A DNA stretch of 63,974 bases, the filler included, from Porpidia crustulata (Eukaryota): NCBI GenBank assembly GCA_964255105.1. It is 3 parts of 3 records of this genome, joined end to end, with 100 filler letters (N's around TTAATTAATTAA, not from the genome) between each part and the next. Parts side by side here need not be neighbours in the genome. Positions count along the whole stretch, not along the records: positions 22,712 to 45,221 come from CAXUWE010000086.1; 2 more parts are not named here. One strand, 5' to 3'. The position numbers were made by a program, and so were the translations under genes. The notes below the pieces were generated by a model. The model had not been told where the DNA came from, did no database searches, and saw only the letters and a list, made by a program, of their open reading frames with translations. Each line of letters opens with the position of its first letter. The stretch's first letter is position 1. Positions 25,378-39,368 of the stretch are shown piece after piece.

Positions 25378-28114
25378 ACTTGGTGATATCGACGAACGTG
25401 GTTCAATAAAGACGAATAGTGTCAAGAACACTTACAAGTCAGCATCATACTTGTTTTATATGTCCCTTTCCGAAAGATTTACTTACCTGCAGAGATCAAC
25501 AGTGAGGCGGATTCCACGTAGTATCCGTGTAGACGATTTTTCTTGATCCGGTAAAGCGTGCCGAGTCCCACTAGTCACTCGCTAATGCAGGGCAAACATG
25601 GAGTGATAAGGCAGCACAACCCCCAATCACACATTTATTACTGGACGTATTTATTTTCACTTCTCAGATCGTGGACCACAGTACGACTCTTGGAAGCGGC
25701 AAGCTTGATAATCCGAGCCCACCATTGCCGTTGTGTCTCGCAGTCGAGCCAGTCTTGACTCTATTGTTTGACTCTCTTCTTCGTCTTCCATCATTTCTTC
25801 TCGTCTCGAAGTGTCCAGGCTCTCCTTCGTCAGCTTTCGCTAGTCGTATTACTGGAAGCAAGGATTGTCGTGTCTTCATGTCCATCACATTGCTTTTGTC
25901 TTCCATGGTCCGAAAGGTCCTTTCATCATCAATTGCACACTTACACCTTCAACCATAACTACAACTTTGCCGGGTATTTCAGCTTCAAACATGCGCAGAT
26001 TGAAACATATCCTGGCCATCATCTCCGCGATGGAGCTACAACGGTGAACTACTGTAGTAGACTTTTAACAACGACGTCTGTGTATTACAACGCCCAATCG
26101 ACTAATTATAAATGAACCCGGAAACAGAGCAGAAAAGTTGCGTATCTCACGACTGCGCAAGACTACCCAATTCGACTGGATTACAGATAACAAAGTCTAC
26201 ATCGCATTTGAGCGCAGGGCTTTCATCCTACTTTACTTATCTGTGTCCAACGATGCTGCTGGTGGTTGGAAGGCTAAGTCGTGTTCCTTTGACGTTTTGC
26301 TTCTACGCAAGAACTTAGTCCTTCTCTACGAGATTGGCCGGCTCAATCAGAATAATCTAGGCGCTTGTGATGACGTGTTGTGTAAGCTTGAAGCAAATGA
26401 TGCGCCTTCACTCAATGCAAAGAAAAAATCCGAGCATTAGAGATCTCTCTTTTTCGCTTCCCTTGATTGCTCAATACGACTCTGCTGGCCCAACAAATCC
26501 AAGCGAAGTCCTGGATTCGATGAGCATAATGGAATAGGCTTTGCCTACTTTACATAAGACCGACCTAATCACTATTCACGGAGACTGAAACGAAATCGAG
26601 AATGAGGTTGTCCGAACGGCAACGCACTTTGAAGTCTTTGTACTGAGTGGCAGCGCCGATGCCACTTTTAATTAGGAACCAAGAAGGCCAGAAACCGAGG
26701 AGGCTAGGATTCGAGGAGACTAGGATTTGGGGTGGATGGAATTCGAAATTGATGGGATTAAGGGTTTACTACATTTGACATCACCACAGACCGAGACAGC
26801 AATGTGGTCGCAAAGCAGGGATACTCATGTATGATACAACCACAGGAATCTTCTTCCTTTGACAGCTAGCAAAGCGGATACATCATTGCAGTGCCTTGAG
26901 ATAGCCATCCACAACCTTGTAACTACTTTGCCATCTCACACATTTTTAAAAACACACCAGTACATCTTTCCATCCCCCTTTTCCCAACCGCCCGAACCTG
27001 ACATCCTCATCTCTTCACCGTCCGATGTGACAAAGTATGGTTCAAAAAAAATAGTGGCCAGGATGAGATAGGGACGTCTTGATACCGTTGTTCTTCCTAT
27101 CTTCTAACTCATTGCATGAACCAATCATAGAAACATCGTCAGACTGCAAAACCTCTACTAACCTATGCTTCTTCCCAGATTTATATCATTATCACATTAA
27201 ACAAATGCAGACCATCTTTCGCGCCCCGCTTCTGCTCATTTCTTTGAAACTTCTCATCTTTATGTAGCCATCAAAACCCCACCCACCACTACCACGCTCT
27301 GCTTACATCAACCCCTCCCGAAGCCTCCTATCCTGCACACTCGCAGTACACATTGATGCCCAAAGCGGTCCCTCATTACGGTTTTCACACTACCTTCTTC
27401 TAATGGTACATTTAATTTAACTTTATCAAAACCCAAATCCTGCGAATCTGCGTCAGGAGATCGTCGGGACAGGCTTTGTCCCTCTCGGGCATGAAGAAAA
27501 AAAGGAGACATGTTGCTGACAAAAGTGAAAGCCTTTTCGTTTTTTTCAGCATGCAAAGGAAGGTGCAGGAAGCAGACAATCAGGGATTGCTCACTTATGT
27601 CGGCCTCGACTTCACATATTTTACCAATAATGACCTTGGCGTGCAATCCTTTACGACCGAGTCGGCACTAGGAGTTTGTCGATGAAGCAGTCATCGCGGC
27701 TGTTTGACATGTTCTGGCTGGGGTTTGGAAGGGAAGATGAACGAGACGAGGTTGATAACGATGCAGGGAAGATGAATTTGAATCCGACGAGTATATGGCA
27801 TTGGAAATCCAGTTCCGATTTACTACGTGCTGCGCCCCTTGCCAGATAATAGGGAGGGGATCGTTGAGGCAAGACCGGGCTCTGGCATCAGATTCCTGAC
27901 ACTCATTCCAAACTGTTGAAGTCTAGTTCTGCAGATAGCATTTCAGTCGCAAGAAAAATTTTCCCTGGCGCAAGTCCTTCCTTTACTTTATAAAACGTAG
28001 ATTCGACCTCGATCTTCCGACGTCAGCAGACATCAGACCATCTGCACAGCACGGCCTCCCAAATCCACGGTCTACAGTACCCCATACTCGCATCCCTCTC
28101 TCCCATTGCGACAT

Positions 28115-30605
28115 CTAATCATCCTCGATATCGTCATCACTGAGCCACAGTTTCCCAACCCTAGTCTCAGTTGCTGATGTACTTCCTTTTGCCTCCTTGC
28201 TCCTGGCATTATGCCTTTTGCCCGGTACCGACTGCGCCTTCACGGCAGTTTCGCCGTTGTCATTAGAAGTATCATCTAGACCCTCACCAATGCCGTTGAA
28301 CTTGGTGATCTTCTCTAGCTCGCTGCGGCTGCTTGGAGAGATTTTAGCGAGGTACGGCAGTCTTTCGAGTATCAACTCGAGTTTCGTGGAATAGATGTTT
28401 GCTCGAAAAGGTTCATGATGATGCTGGACCATCGTTTCGGCTGCTTCTTTCAAAGCCGCCTCTGTTCCACGGCGCGCATACCACGCATCAATCAAAGCCT
28501 CGACCTCCTCCTTCTTCCTCCCAATCCTCATGCTCATCGGCCAAAACATCTTGAAAGCATCGCTTCTTGGCACACTTTTCCCGCTCGGAGATCCACTGGT
28601 CGCATGTCTCTTCACCGGGTAGGGTAACGCGAAAATCAACCCCCTAACGGCAACATGGAAGGCAAACTCGTCTTGTCTCAGAACATCCAAGCCTCGTCCA
28701 CCACCGCTGAAGCTGAAACCTTTATCTGGGCTAAGGAGATCACTGTCAGAGAGTGCGTCTATACAATCGTTGAAGGCGTCTGCGAAGAACGAGGATTCAC
28801 AGGAGAGTATGTAATTCTCGTGTAGCGCGGCAATGAAGGTGCTGATGTCGGTACCGGTCTCATTGAGTAGATCCTGTACCAACACCTGCGAGACCATTGG
28901 CCGAGAATACTTTTGCATATGCTCAGATATCTGGTTGGTTGAATGCACTACCGTAGATTCATCTCTTTTGTTATAGACGACTTTTCCTACCGCGTGGAAT
29001 ATTCCTAAACTAGCTTCCCTCTGCGTAACCATCTCCAGGGCCTGTCGCTCCATCTTTGTAAGTATAGACACACCCTTCTTCCCCTTCAAAGCAACGCGGC
29101 CGCCCCAATCATCACCATCATCAGCCCTCAAACATAAGAATTCCAAGGAGCTGATAGCATTACGCACATCACCCACCTCGCCTAGCTTTTTGAGAACCGG
29201 GGGACCAGGAACGCGTCTGCGACCGGACTGTCTGGCTTCTTTTTGGATCACTATGTCAAGCGCCTTCGTAAGTAGAGTTGTGGCGATGGGATTGAACTCG
29301 ATATTAGTGGTGCCGGGGTGGGCTAGTATGCCTGGACCAAGCAGGCGATGGGCGGTGAAACTGTCGCTCGCAGCTGTTGTGACGGATTGATTGGTTTCAG
29401 TTATGATTAGAATTATCGGCGTAGGGGAGCTAGAAAGAGATTGGGCAGTGAGGTACTGAAAAATCGACGAGCGAAAGGATTGTAGGGTTGCGGATGCGCT
29501 CGTTGAGATATTCGGAAATTCTTCAACTAGAATGACCTTATTTTTTGTGCTCGTGGATAGCAAGCTTGAAGGGAGTAAATCCGCAGACGTTCCGCCACCA
29601 GTGAGCATTAAGCTGTTAAATTTCCCGCTCCGCTCGAGGAAGTCCTCAAATTGGGTGGACACTGAGATATAGCCTTCTGAGGAGTAGTCGGAGTTATTTG
29701 GATTTCTCCATTCCGTGACCTCAAAGTCCATTGCTTTGGCCAGGGTAGATATTGTAGCAGTCTTCCCAGCCCCTGAAGGCCCTTTCAGAATCAATAGTCG
29801 CTGCGAAGACTTAGCATACGGTTATCCAAAAACGAAAGGCAAACACACAGACCTTGCGCTCTCGACCCGAGAATACTCGTTCCAGCCAACTCCTGATGCT
29901 TGCCACTTTCTTTTTATGCACCATCAGCTCTTCCAGGTGGACAGGCGCATACTTCTCCGCCCACGGCTGTAGGTCCACCTCCCTATCCTTACTTGCTGCC
30001 AGTCTCACAGAGTCCTTCTCCGTAGCTCTCGTAACTCTCAGGAATCTTTGGCTCCCGCCAGCCGGCTTGTTCAGACCTGCCGACCCAGTGCGATCTGTAC
30101 TCGGCAGGGTAGGTCCCCTTCGAGTATCAATTGTAGGAGCTTTTGCATTCTGAATCGATGAGACATGCTGTAGCTCTTCGTCCAACGAGTCATCTTCTAT
30201 CGAGTCCTCCTCTTTTCCATCTAGGGCAGGACTTGACGGCTTTGGCTGGATTTCTTTCTTGGACTGTTGTGATACAATCGCTGCGTTGAAATACGCATGG
30301 AGAGATCCTTTCTCCTCACGTCTGGGCTTGTGGGGAGGATCTTCGGAAGATGAGCTAGGGCTCGCTAGAATTGGAGAAGCAGCGGAGTGCGATTTTGGAC
30401 TTTTATTTGGCTTCGTTCGAGATCTAGTAGGAAGATCCCGGGTTGTAATAGTACCACTCCTGAAGAACGCTACATGATCCCTTGAGTTGACTCTGTTCGG
30501 GACAGGAGCGCAGGCCCGATCCTTTCCAAGCGGTTCTATATCCTCATCTCCATCTGAAAGGACAATTGTGCGTCTCTTCTGCCTCTTTGGTGGTGGTGGA
30601 GCCAT
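28115..30605 (-). CDS. RAD17: Checkpoint clamp loader Rad17/Rad24, 2 exons
   Basis: PWAEKYAP..LEELMVHKKKV, Walker A GPSGAGKT, ILVEEFP, GDVRNAISSLEF, IFHAVGKVVYNKR, acidic C-terminal LSDDDIEDD. Intron 29852-29801. Confidence 0.93.
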
Positions 30606-31021
30606 GCCATGTTGGGAGGTTGTTCGTCGATGGTCTACTCCAATTGTGTGGCGTAGCCGATTTATCAATACATGCACAGGCACTTATTACTACCGCTATT
30701 CCAGTAATCAATTTCATGCATAGAAGTTTGGAGTTTCAATTTGACTGTAGAAGACTGCGCCATTTTACGGAGTATCTAGAAATCGAGCACTAATCTACAC
30801 CCAAACTTCAAACCTCATGAGCATAGATAAGCCGCTCTGGACCCAGATCTCCTTCCCTCGTTCAACAATAGATTTTCCAGGGAATTTCTTCCAGTGACCG
30901 CCGGTTATTCCTTCCCTTTGCCCCTTGCCTCATGCCCATTGCCTCCATAGAAATCTTCCATTGGATGGCAAGACGAAGCCCACGCAAGTGATGACGACTA
31001 TTAGACGAAGTCGATACTCAA

Positions 31022-34000
31022 TCACCAGAACCCTGCGTCTTTGAGCACGCTGGGTCTAGTACCAGTCCCTGCCTTGGGCCCTTTGTTAGAGTATCCAATG
31101 GTGTCCATCCTTGTAACAAGGTCTTTCGCGAGGGAGCTCAGGTCCTTCACGACACCTTTGGATAGGATATCCGTGGGTACCCACTTGGCTAGTTCACCGA
31201 TCTCCATCTTCTCATTCTCTCCGAGGATTGTGTCAGCGGCAAGGGAAGATAGAGAAAATTCCCACCATAATTTCCGGTCTTCGATCATCTCCGGCTGAGT
31301 TCTCGCTGTAGCGTGATATTCACACCGCTTGTCGGTCATCTGCCACACCTCGAGATCTTGTATTTCTCGCATACGAAGAACATTGTCGGGATACAGGTCA
31401 GACAAACGATGACAGGTTTCACGGTGGAGCATCGCCGATTGAATTCGAAGCTCGGTGGTAGCGGTCTTGGTAAAAAGCCCGAAGCTTTTGCCATCTGAAG
31501 ATGGAGCGACCTGTAGGTTTGCTACGATAGCCTTAGCCTCTTCGTAATACTTGTTGCTAATCTGTCCATGGGATGTGATTGAGAGGCGCGCATCCCATTG
31601 TCTCTTTGGAAAATGCCAATTTATGGCACCGATGAGTCGAGGAGGACTTTTTATATCGAGTTCACCATTCTCGCCGACTTCCACCACCAATTCTTCGCCT
31701 GACTGGGTTTCGCAAACAAAATAGTAGGCGACTTTCCGCGCACATACTTCTTCTTGGAAGATTCTCCGGCCGGATGTCAGCCTCAGGTTCATGATGAAGT
31801 CGGCGTCATTCGAAGAAGTGGTGAGCCTAGGTATCTCAGAACATTATTATAACGAATTTGAGTGGCCATGCAGCTTCAAGGGTAGACAAGGACTTACATG
31901 TTAGTGAATATAGTCTCCATCTTCCTACTTCCCTCATGAGCCGGAAAAACTTGGGACCACTTGTTGGGAGGGAAGGGCTGGTTCTTGTACTCCGCGGAGC
32001 CGGTTTGATGGTTAATCAGGATTCGTCCAAGGTGAACCTCTAACTTGACGAGCTCGGCACAGGACCGTGTCCAACCAAGAAGTTGTGCTGTACTTGACTC
32101 AAAAGACTTCAGCAGTGCAGTATTTCCTGATCCCACTTGAGTGGGCGCCTTCTGCTGGTTCATGGTGTGATTGAATTGACAGGTCTCAACTTCGCTGACT
32201 TGCTGAAGTCTCTCTTCAATGTCAAAAAGGCCGTTTCTTTCCTTGTTGTCTTGCTTTACTTTTCCCTCGACAGTCCGGAAATTTGTGCCCTGGTTACCAA
32301 CTCGCATAGCTTCCTCTTTAGGACCCATGGCAGTGAATTCCTGTCTAGCACCAACATTCGGCTGCTCATTTTTCCGCTCATGCAGTTCTTCGCTGGGATC
32401 GAAGCCTAGCAATGAGGTATTCGCCTTGAACTGCGGTAGAAATTTGACGTCCCACGTAGGCTTATTGTGTAGATACGACTCAGTCGATGTCTCCAGCTGC
32501 TTGGGCATGAATGGTGGTTCAATAGGGGGAGGATTGACTCTACTCGTAGGCATGGCTGCTTTTGCACTAATCGACTCGTTCGAGGTTGTGTGGTCGCTTT
32601 TCCAACTATCATGCTCGTCCCCAGCCCTCGAGCCAGACTTTGAGGCGCTTCTTGATGTACCATCTGCAGTGGTAGGGATCTTACCGTAATCAGAAGTAGC
32701 CACCGATGGTACTGGTGCTGGTGCTGGTAAAATTTCAAGTCCTTTGGGTTTACGAACTTTGATATGTCGAGGACGGACAACACTTAGGTCGGGCTTTGCT
32801 TGGACGTTGTCCGCAACAATATTAATTTCTCCAGGCTTTTCAACATGATCAATAGGAGCGAATGGATCATCCGCGGCAGCAGCACTCTCTTCCACCCATT
32901 GATCGATGGTGTGAATGACGGGGATTGTAGGCTTTGCAGTGGTATCACCTGATCCTTCGCTGGACTGGAGTGTCGCTTTGGGCCCGTTGTGGTAGATTTC
33001 TGCTTTGTAGCTGCCGTTTCCGACCGCATTATAGGGATAATCTTGCCAGAGCGCAGAGCCTTCTGTATTCGGTGGTCTTGGTCGAACCTTACGATCCAGA
33101 TCAACTCCACCTTCCGAGATCATCTCAATCGTCAGTAAATTTTGTATAAGCTTGAAATAGGGCGACGAAGTCGACAGCAGGGTGGTACTGAGCTTCCGGC
33201 TTAAGCTGCACTTCAGGGGGGACATTTGGAGCAAAACATCAACCTCTCCTTCCGGGATGTAGTAGTCGAATATGCTAGCTAATGTCGTCCGGCACATCTT
33301 CGAAATTAGCATCGGTGGCAATACATAAACGGTAGAACTTACCGCGGAGTCGTGAAGGATGTCCAGCTTGGTGGTCGCTTTTCCAACGTCCTCTTTACTC
33401 TCACCTCGTACCACTAGATCAACCTCATTTAATGCCAAATCTATGCGGCAGTTGGTAACATTCCCGATCCTACTCAGTAGATCGGCACTGAAATTCAAAC
33501 CGCCATAGGTGCGTTCTTTCCCTCTTGCAGGCTTCCATGTTCTTATGATGCTCTCGTGATTAATCAGGAGCAGGTCGGTGCTGTCTACAACTTCAACGCC
33601 ATCAGCCTTGATCATGGGTACGCCTTGAAATACTCTTTGATCTAGATCAGCGTTTGCTGATCCACGAAGTGTGCCAGGGAACCTCTGGATTTTTGCTTCC
33701 TAATAGAGATTATTCAGTACAGAAAACACGACGAGGAGCTGATAGCTGACCTCAAACAGATCAAGGTCCCTGTCAACCTCGGCATCAATGTATCTTCGGA
33801 GAAGACCGATGAATACTAGTAGGGCCCCATCATCGCCTTTGGTACACCGAATGATAAAATGCTGCCATAGGTCAGCGTGGAGCTTCACTATGAGGGAGTC
33901 ACTAAACTTACGTTCCCTTCGTGTCCAACCTCAACCTTTCGAGTTTCCATCGACGCTCTTAATCAGCAACATCAGTAAGGCAGCTATGAGAATGCTGTGA

Positions 34001-34162
34001 CGAATTCTTACTCGAATTGCTCTAGGATATCGTGTTTCTATATCGATGCGTCAGTCGGCGTCGAGCACGTGTTGGAAACTCACAACAAATCAATTGGAAA
34101 CCTACCGCTGCATTGCTGAATTCGTATAGTGAGGCAAAGATATGGGTGGTACTGTCGTCCAT
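31022..34162 (-). CDS. Conserved hypothetical fungal protein with a KH-like N-terminal segment, multi-exon
   Basis: Exons splice in frame from MDDSTTHIFASLYEFSNAA|KHDILEQFE|ASMETRKVEVGHEGN|HFIIRC... into ORFs 31894-33615 and 31022-31792. The segment LLSRIGNVTNCRIDL...LVVRGESKEDVGKATTKL is KH-like. Confidence 0.75.
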
Positions 34163-35166
34163 TGTTATGATGGAACAACACCAGCGGCGTCGACGTTGAC
34201 GATAAGACAGGCACAACTCCACGCAATCTAACAGAATCAGATTGCAGAAAGAGGTGTTCAGGGTATCCGCATGGACTCTAGGGGATGGATGAGATCAAAG
34301 TCAAATAGTGGAATAGTGACCCTCCTGAAGAACGGATAATGGGATGTAAGGCTTGTTCGAAGATTTTGCTGGTGGGTGAAGACAACGCGAGAAGGAGTGA
34401 AGGTTAGAAGCCACCTACACGCGGTACCTACGGTACTTTAGCTATTAACACTAACATACGATGAGCCACCTAGGAAGGTGAAAGGTCGCTATCACTGTGT
34501 TGGGAACCAGCGATGAATAAATCCATTTGGCAAAGGGAACGCGTGAAGTGAATTCCCAGTCTTGACCTTGAGGTCAATGAAAGGAAGAATGGAGAAGGAA
34601 AGCCCGATGGAAGGCCCTACAAGGAGCGGAGCCTGTACTAGTCTGGCCCAATTTTTTATGATAGGAAGAAATCAATTAAAATGCTGTCTTGATAGTATAA
34701 AACCTATGGTAGGTAATGTAGTTTGTTCAATTAGCATGGGAGGAGATTAATGATTGCTCCAAATTCTGCGTTTGCTAAGTTTAACGGAGTTCTGCATGCT
34801 TCATTTCGAGAATTCATCAGATCTTACAACGCTGGATGGCGGGAGCATGAAGGGAGATCTGGATAAGCTGTATAGCTGTACACCGCCGGGCAGTTACCTG
34901 ACGATCGAAATCTTGAGGGGCCAGGTTTTATTGATGCGTGGCACGGGGAAGGCACTGTCGGCCAGGTTGGTATACTCGCTGGTTATTCAATGCTTAGCTG
35001 TTGCAGGCCCATCGAGCTTGATGAATTAGGGAGGAAAGCCAATAGTATACATGCCTCTACAGAGCTGCCTCTGAAGTTCATCTAAAACGCCTTCGCAGTG
35101 CAGTTTGGGTATCATGATATCGTGACCAAGTCCTGTGGCTTCCAACAAAGCCCGCCATAGTAACCT

Positions 35167-36291
35167 TTACGCAGGAGTCCAGGCATTCCTCTGAATGTTG
35201 ACTACGTATCTCATCTCTCCAGTCACCTTATTCATATCCCCGAGAGCTTGGTCGACCGCACCTTCATTCCTTTCGCCTCTCTCCCTCAGCTCTCGAATTG
35301 ACTCTTCCTTCTCGGCCTTGTATTCTTCGAAATTGCGGAACAGCGTCTCCTTCGCTTTTTCCGTCTTGTCGCATTCCTGCTGGATTTGCTCCATGATAAT
35401 TTCATGATGAGCCAGCTTGCTTTTGTTCTCCACCGCACTTTCGCGGACGGTCTTGAAGTCTGCTCGAAGCTTCAAAAGTTGGCGTTTGTAGCTTTCCTCA
35501 ATGCCTTTCCAAGACTTGGAGAGGACATCGTATTGGACTGTCGCTCGCGCGGCCGCCTCTTTCTCTTCAATCAAATCTCTAGCAAGCCGTTCAACTGCCT
35601 CGTCGCGCTCTCTTCTGGTGACCTTAGTTTCACACTCTGCCTTCTCTCGCCGTAACCTTTCGGCTTCGAGGTCCAACTTCAGCTCCTCGATCTTCCTCTC
35701 TCTTTTCGCTAATACGGTCTTCTCCAGCTCTTGCATCGATATCAGATTCTCGTTCGACACCCGAAGATTTGTCAAAGCTAATCGGGCTGCTTCGCTCCTC
35801 CGAGCTTCTTCCTCTAACCTGACTGTTGCAAGATTGTTGTCAAGCTTGAGGCGGTCTACTTCAGCATTGAGCCTCTCTATCACTTTGCCTGACGCGCCAG
35901 TTATCACTCGGCCGCCAGAAGAGGTCCATTTTGTGTCAGTGCCTGCGCTATTGGGGGTGCCTGGATGCGGCGAGTCTTGAGAGAAGTCCACATTAGAGAT
36001 CAGTGAGGATGGGATACGATTGCGAGATACTGAAGGTCGCTTCGTGGGTGTGGTATGGTCATCAGGTCTTAGCTTCTGAGAACCCACTGAACCGCCTGAG
36101 GCAATATCTTTCTGCCTGTCGGCTGAAGCCGGATCAACGAAGAGACTACTGAAACCACTCAAGCTCATGGTGGGCGAGAAGACCTCGTCGAATGAAAGTT
36201 TTGGCGCCTCGTTAGCTGTTGGGGCAATGTAAGTATGGATTCCTTTGTTGCGAAATGTCACAGATCGCACAAAGCGGCGGATGTGGGACAT
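35167..36291 (-). CDS. Coiled-coil protein, She3-like (filamentous-fungal family)
   Basis: 374-aa single ORF: Ser/Pro-rich N-terminus, then SGKVIERLNAEVDRLKLD and a long heptad region ending GEMRYVVNI. The family name is from recall. Confidence 0.65.
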   Translation of the reverse strand: MSHIRRFVRSVTFRNKGIHTYIAPTANEAPKLSFDEVFSPTMSLSGFSSLFVDPASADRQKDIASGGSVGSQKLRPDDHTTPTKRPSVSRNRIPSSLISNVDFSQDSPHPGTPNSAGTDTKWTSSGGRVITGASGKVIERLNAEVDRLKLDNNLATVRLEEEARRSEAARLALTNLRVSNENLISMQELEKTVLAKRERKIEELKLDLEAERLRREKAECETKVTRRERDEAVERLARDLIEEKEAAARATVQYDVLSKSWKGIEESYKRQLLKLRADFKTVRESAVENKSKLAHHEIIMEQIQQECDKTEKAKETLFRNFEEYKAEKEESIRELRERGERNEGAVDQALGDMNKVTGEMRYVVNIQRNAWTPA

Positions 36292-36886
36292 GACAACAAT
36301 ACGCGACTAAAGACAATAAAGAGATAAAGCCTACTAGAACTCGTTCCCAGCCTGTATGTCCTCAGCCGTACCATATCATTTTGAGGACTGGATTGACGAG
36401 TTTTCATCATGGATTTAATAGTGAGTAAGACTACACCAAATTAGGTGGAGCCAAATTATTGGTACTAGCTCTCTTCATGGGAGTCGACAGACTATCCGAC
36501 TTGAGTGACTCTAATATAAACAACATGCACAGACAGAGAATGAAAATGAGTGAACAGGCATCTAACGTTGCAGGAAGGTGAAACCATACTTCATGATCAA
36601 CAGTTGGTTCCAGATGTCAAAGCGCGGGATATCGGCATCTAGCAAATAGCGGTCGATCGCTTGCGGACGCGGCTTAGGCGATACCTATCATGCATGTCCG
36701 TTGCACAGGGGACGGCTTGCAACGTACAAACTTGGGGAGCATTTGATGTCGTCTTTAGAGTACAGAGAGGATGGTCATTCTAATGGATACCTTCAATCTG
36801 AAGCAACTACGATAGGGGGTAATCAACGATGTATCGGAGAGAATCGGAGCCAGTGAGCGATGGCATGATTCCGGAGCTAAAGACCC

Positions 36887-38668
36887 TCACGTTCTCTTCT
36901 GTCCCCCGGAGCGCTTAAAGTCGGCACCTCTTCTACTGCTCCGGTCTCCTTGCTTCTTTCCTGACCCTGCCAACTTCATTGTCCCTCTTCCCTGTTTACT
37001 GCTCGCCCGATAACCTTCAAAGGCCACACGTTCGGTGGCTTGTATAGCTTCATTGACCTGTCGCTTCGGGATTACTGGTTCATCTACTGCATTGCGGAAT
37101 TGTGCGGCTTTAGCACGGCCCAGGAGTTTGCCAGCGCGCCCTGAAAGCGATTGAGTCTTCGAAGAAATCTTTGGCACATATGTCCCCATTGTTTTGGTTG
37201 CCTTACTGTGGACACCATGGCGTTGACTCCGGTCCTTGCTGCGTGTTGTCTTTCCAACGTTCTTCGCCCGCGTAACTCTTAGAGTACGAGGTAGCATGGG
37301 GGGAAACTTCTTTTCGTTATATGAAAGCGCCTTCTCTACGGCGTTAGCATCCTAAATATAGTTTGGGTATAGTTAGTCATTGGTAATGTGTATATAGCAG
37401 CTCTGCAATAACGCACCGTGAATTGGACATAAGCGAAGCCCTTGCCAACGCGAGTCGTCTTGTCTCTGACCACCCTGACACTTTCCACAATTCCGGCTTT
37501 ACCGAATTGTCTCCACATGCCTTCTTCAATGTCTGCTGGTTCTGTTGCTTTCCGCGGGCGCTTATTATTCTCTTCGTCCTCAGCAGCATTGATCGTAGTC
37601 ATGTCGTCCACAAATCCTAGATTACCAACGAACACGCATCTTTGATGATCTTGTTTGGCTGGATGAGCAACGCTATCCACGCGTAAATGCCGATCAAGAA
37701 CAAGCGTCCCGTTGAGTCTCTTCGAGGCTTCCCTGGCGCCTTGTTGGGTGGAGTAAACGGCATACGCATTAGTGCTCTTGGTTGTAGAATCCATGAGTTC
37801 CTTCTTAGCATAGGCGGCTTTCTTTGGCGCTCCTGTACTAGAGAACGCGGTAGAGCGAAATCGAAGAGACTCGACTTTATGGGTTGTATCCACTCTTGGT
37901 AGAGATGACAGGCAGGACGCAAGGTGGTCAAGTAAAACCTTCTTAGCGCTCTTGGATTTGATTGCTAGAGTGGATACATTTGCCAGGAAAACGGTTCGAG
38001 AGGCCTTCTCAATATCTGTGTCTTCTTTCGCTGCCTCCACGGTAGCGAGACTCTCGTGTTTTGGTATCTCGATAGGTAATTGCCGTTCTTCGTGATCCAC
38101 CAAGACCTGCACGCTTTCTGCTTCAGATGTGTTTTCATCTGGGCTTCTGTGGATCTCGGTAGCCCTCATCTGGCTCTTCTGATGCTTTTTGTTTCTTGTT
38201 GTGCGTTCTCTATTATTCTCTCTGGCTTCTTCCTGCACCAACCGGCGCATATATTTCCCTTCAATATCATCCTCCTCATCATTCCTTTTTCGTTTCCGGT
38301 TTTGTTTGCCAGCTATTGCGTGACCACTGCCTGAACCGATGGGCGTAATTGAAACTGTCTGGGTATTTACATCACTGTGAACGGTACTGTCAGATTCTTG
38401 GAGAGCTTCATCGATCTCTTGAGAGTTAGGTAGCCCAAAAGTCAATGTTCGTCCTAGTATAGAGGCATCTAAAGTCTTCACCGGACCAAGCTACTGTTGT
38501 TTCAGTATCCCGATCCTCAGTGTATCCTGGGATCTAAGTACTGACACTGGATGCGAAAAGCAAAGCTATAGTCGGATCGTAGCTATGAGGCATCACCCTA
38601 GCTGATTCGACGGTTGGAGCTGGCCTAGACTCAGCCTTATGAATTGTATGCGATTTGTTTCGCGCCAT
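36887..38668 (-). CDS. NOP12: Nucleolar RRM protein Nop12, 3 exons
   Basis: [69 protein letters not shown]; basic C-terminus. Confidence 0.92.
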
Positions 38669-39368
38669 GGGCAGTCAACTGCGTCGAGGCAGAATCATAC
38701 TGAAGTGCAAATATAATAAGTATGATTGCTGCGGTCAAATAGGCATAGGCGTAATAAAGTTATCCAACAGCGGAACTAGATCCTCCAAATCCGACTTATC
38801 AGCGGCGCTAGCAGGGATTGTCGGAATCAGGAACTGACGAGGTGTGTGAGTGCATCTCGCACCAGATCTAGTAACACTAAGGTACTTTCAGTCTTGAGAG
38901 CAACCTCGCATTACTGAACCCTCGTCCGGTCGTTCAATACCTTACTGTTCAGATTACATACGTACCGACGCTAGCTTGGGAGCCTTCGCAATTCCTGAGG
39001 TTCTTATGCCCTAACGGCGTATCCCAAGCTCTTGAGATCGAGACTAGAGAACCATCTCCCACACATCTTCTGAGCTTTTACTCCAACTTTACCTCGTCTA
39101 TTACCGACTCTACACATTTTACGTTTTCAGATGACAAATGCGCTTTCGATTATTTGATCGATCCGTTCCTATAACACTGAGTGTGTATCCCATGGGGCCC
39201 CCGTAGAAGTAAGATAAGTTCGCTCAATGCCAAAACGCCGATTCGCGCGTAACCTTCACACGATGAGCGCTGCTTTCTAATTAATTTGGTGGATACAGCG
39301 CCCTCAATATCTGTTGAATCTTCCACTGCGCCTGCGCTGAAGCAAGCATCCATCTTAAGTCCGCCACA

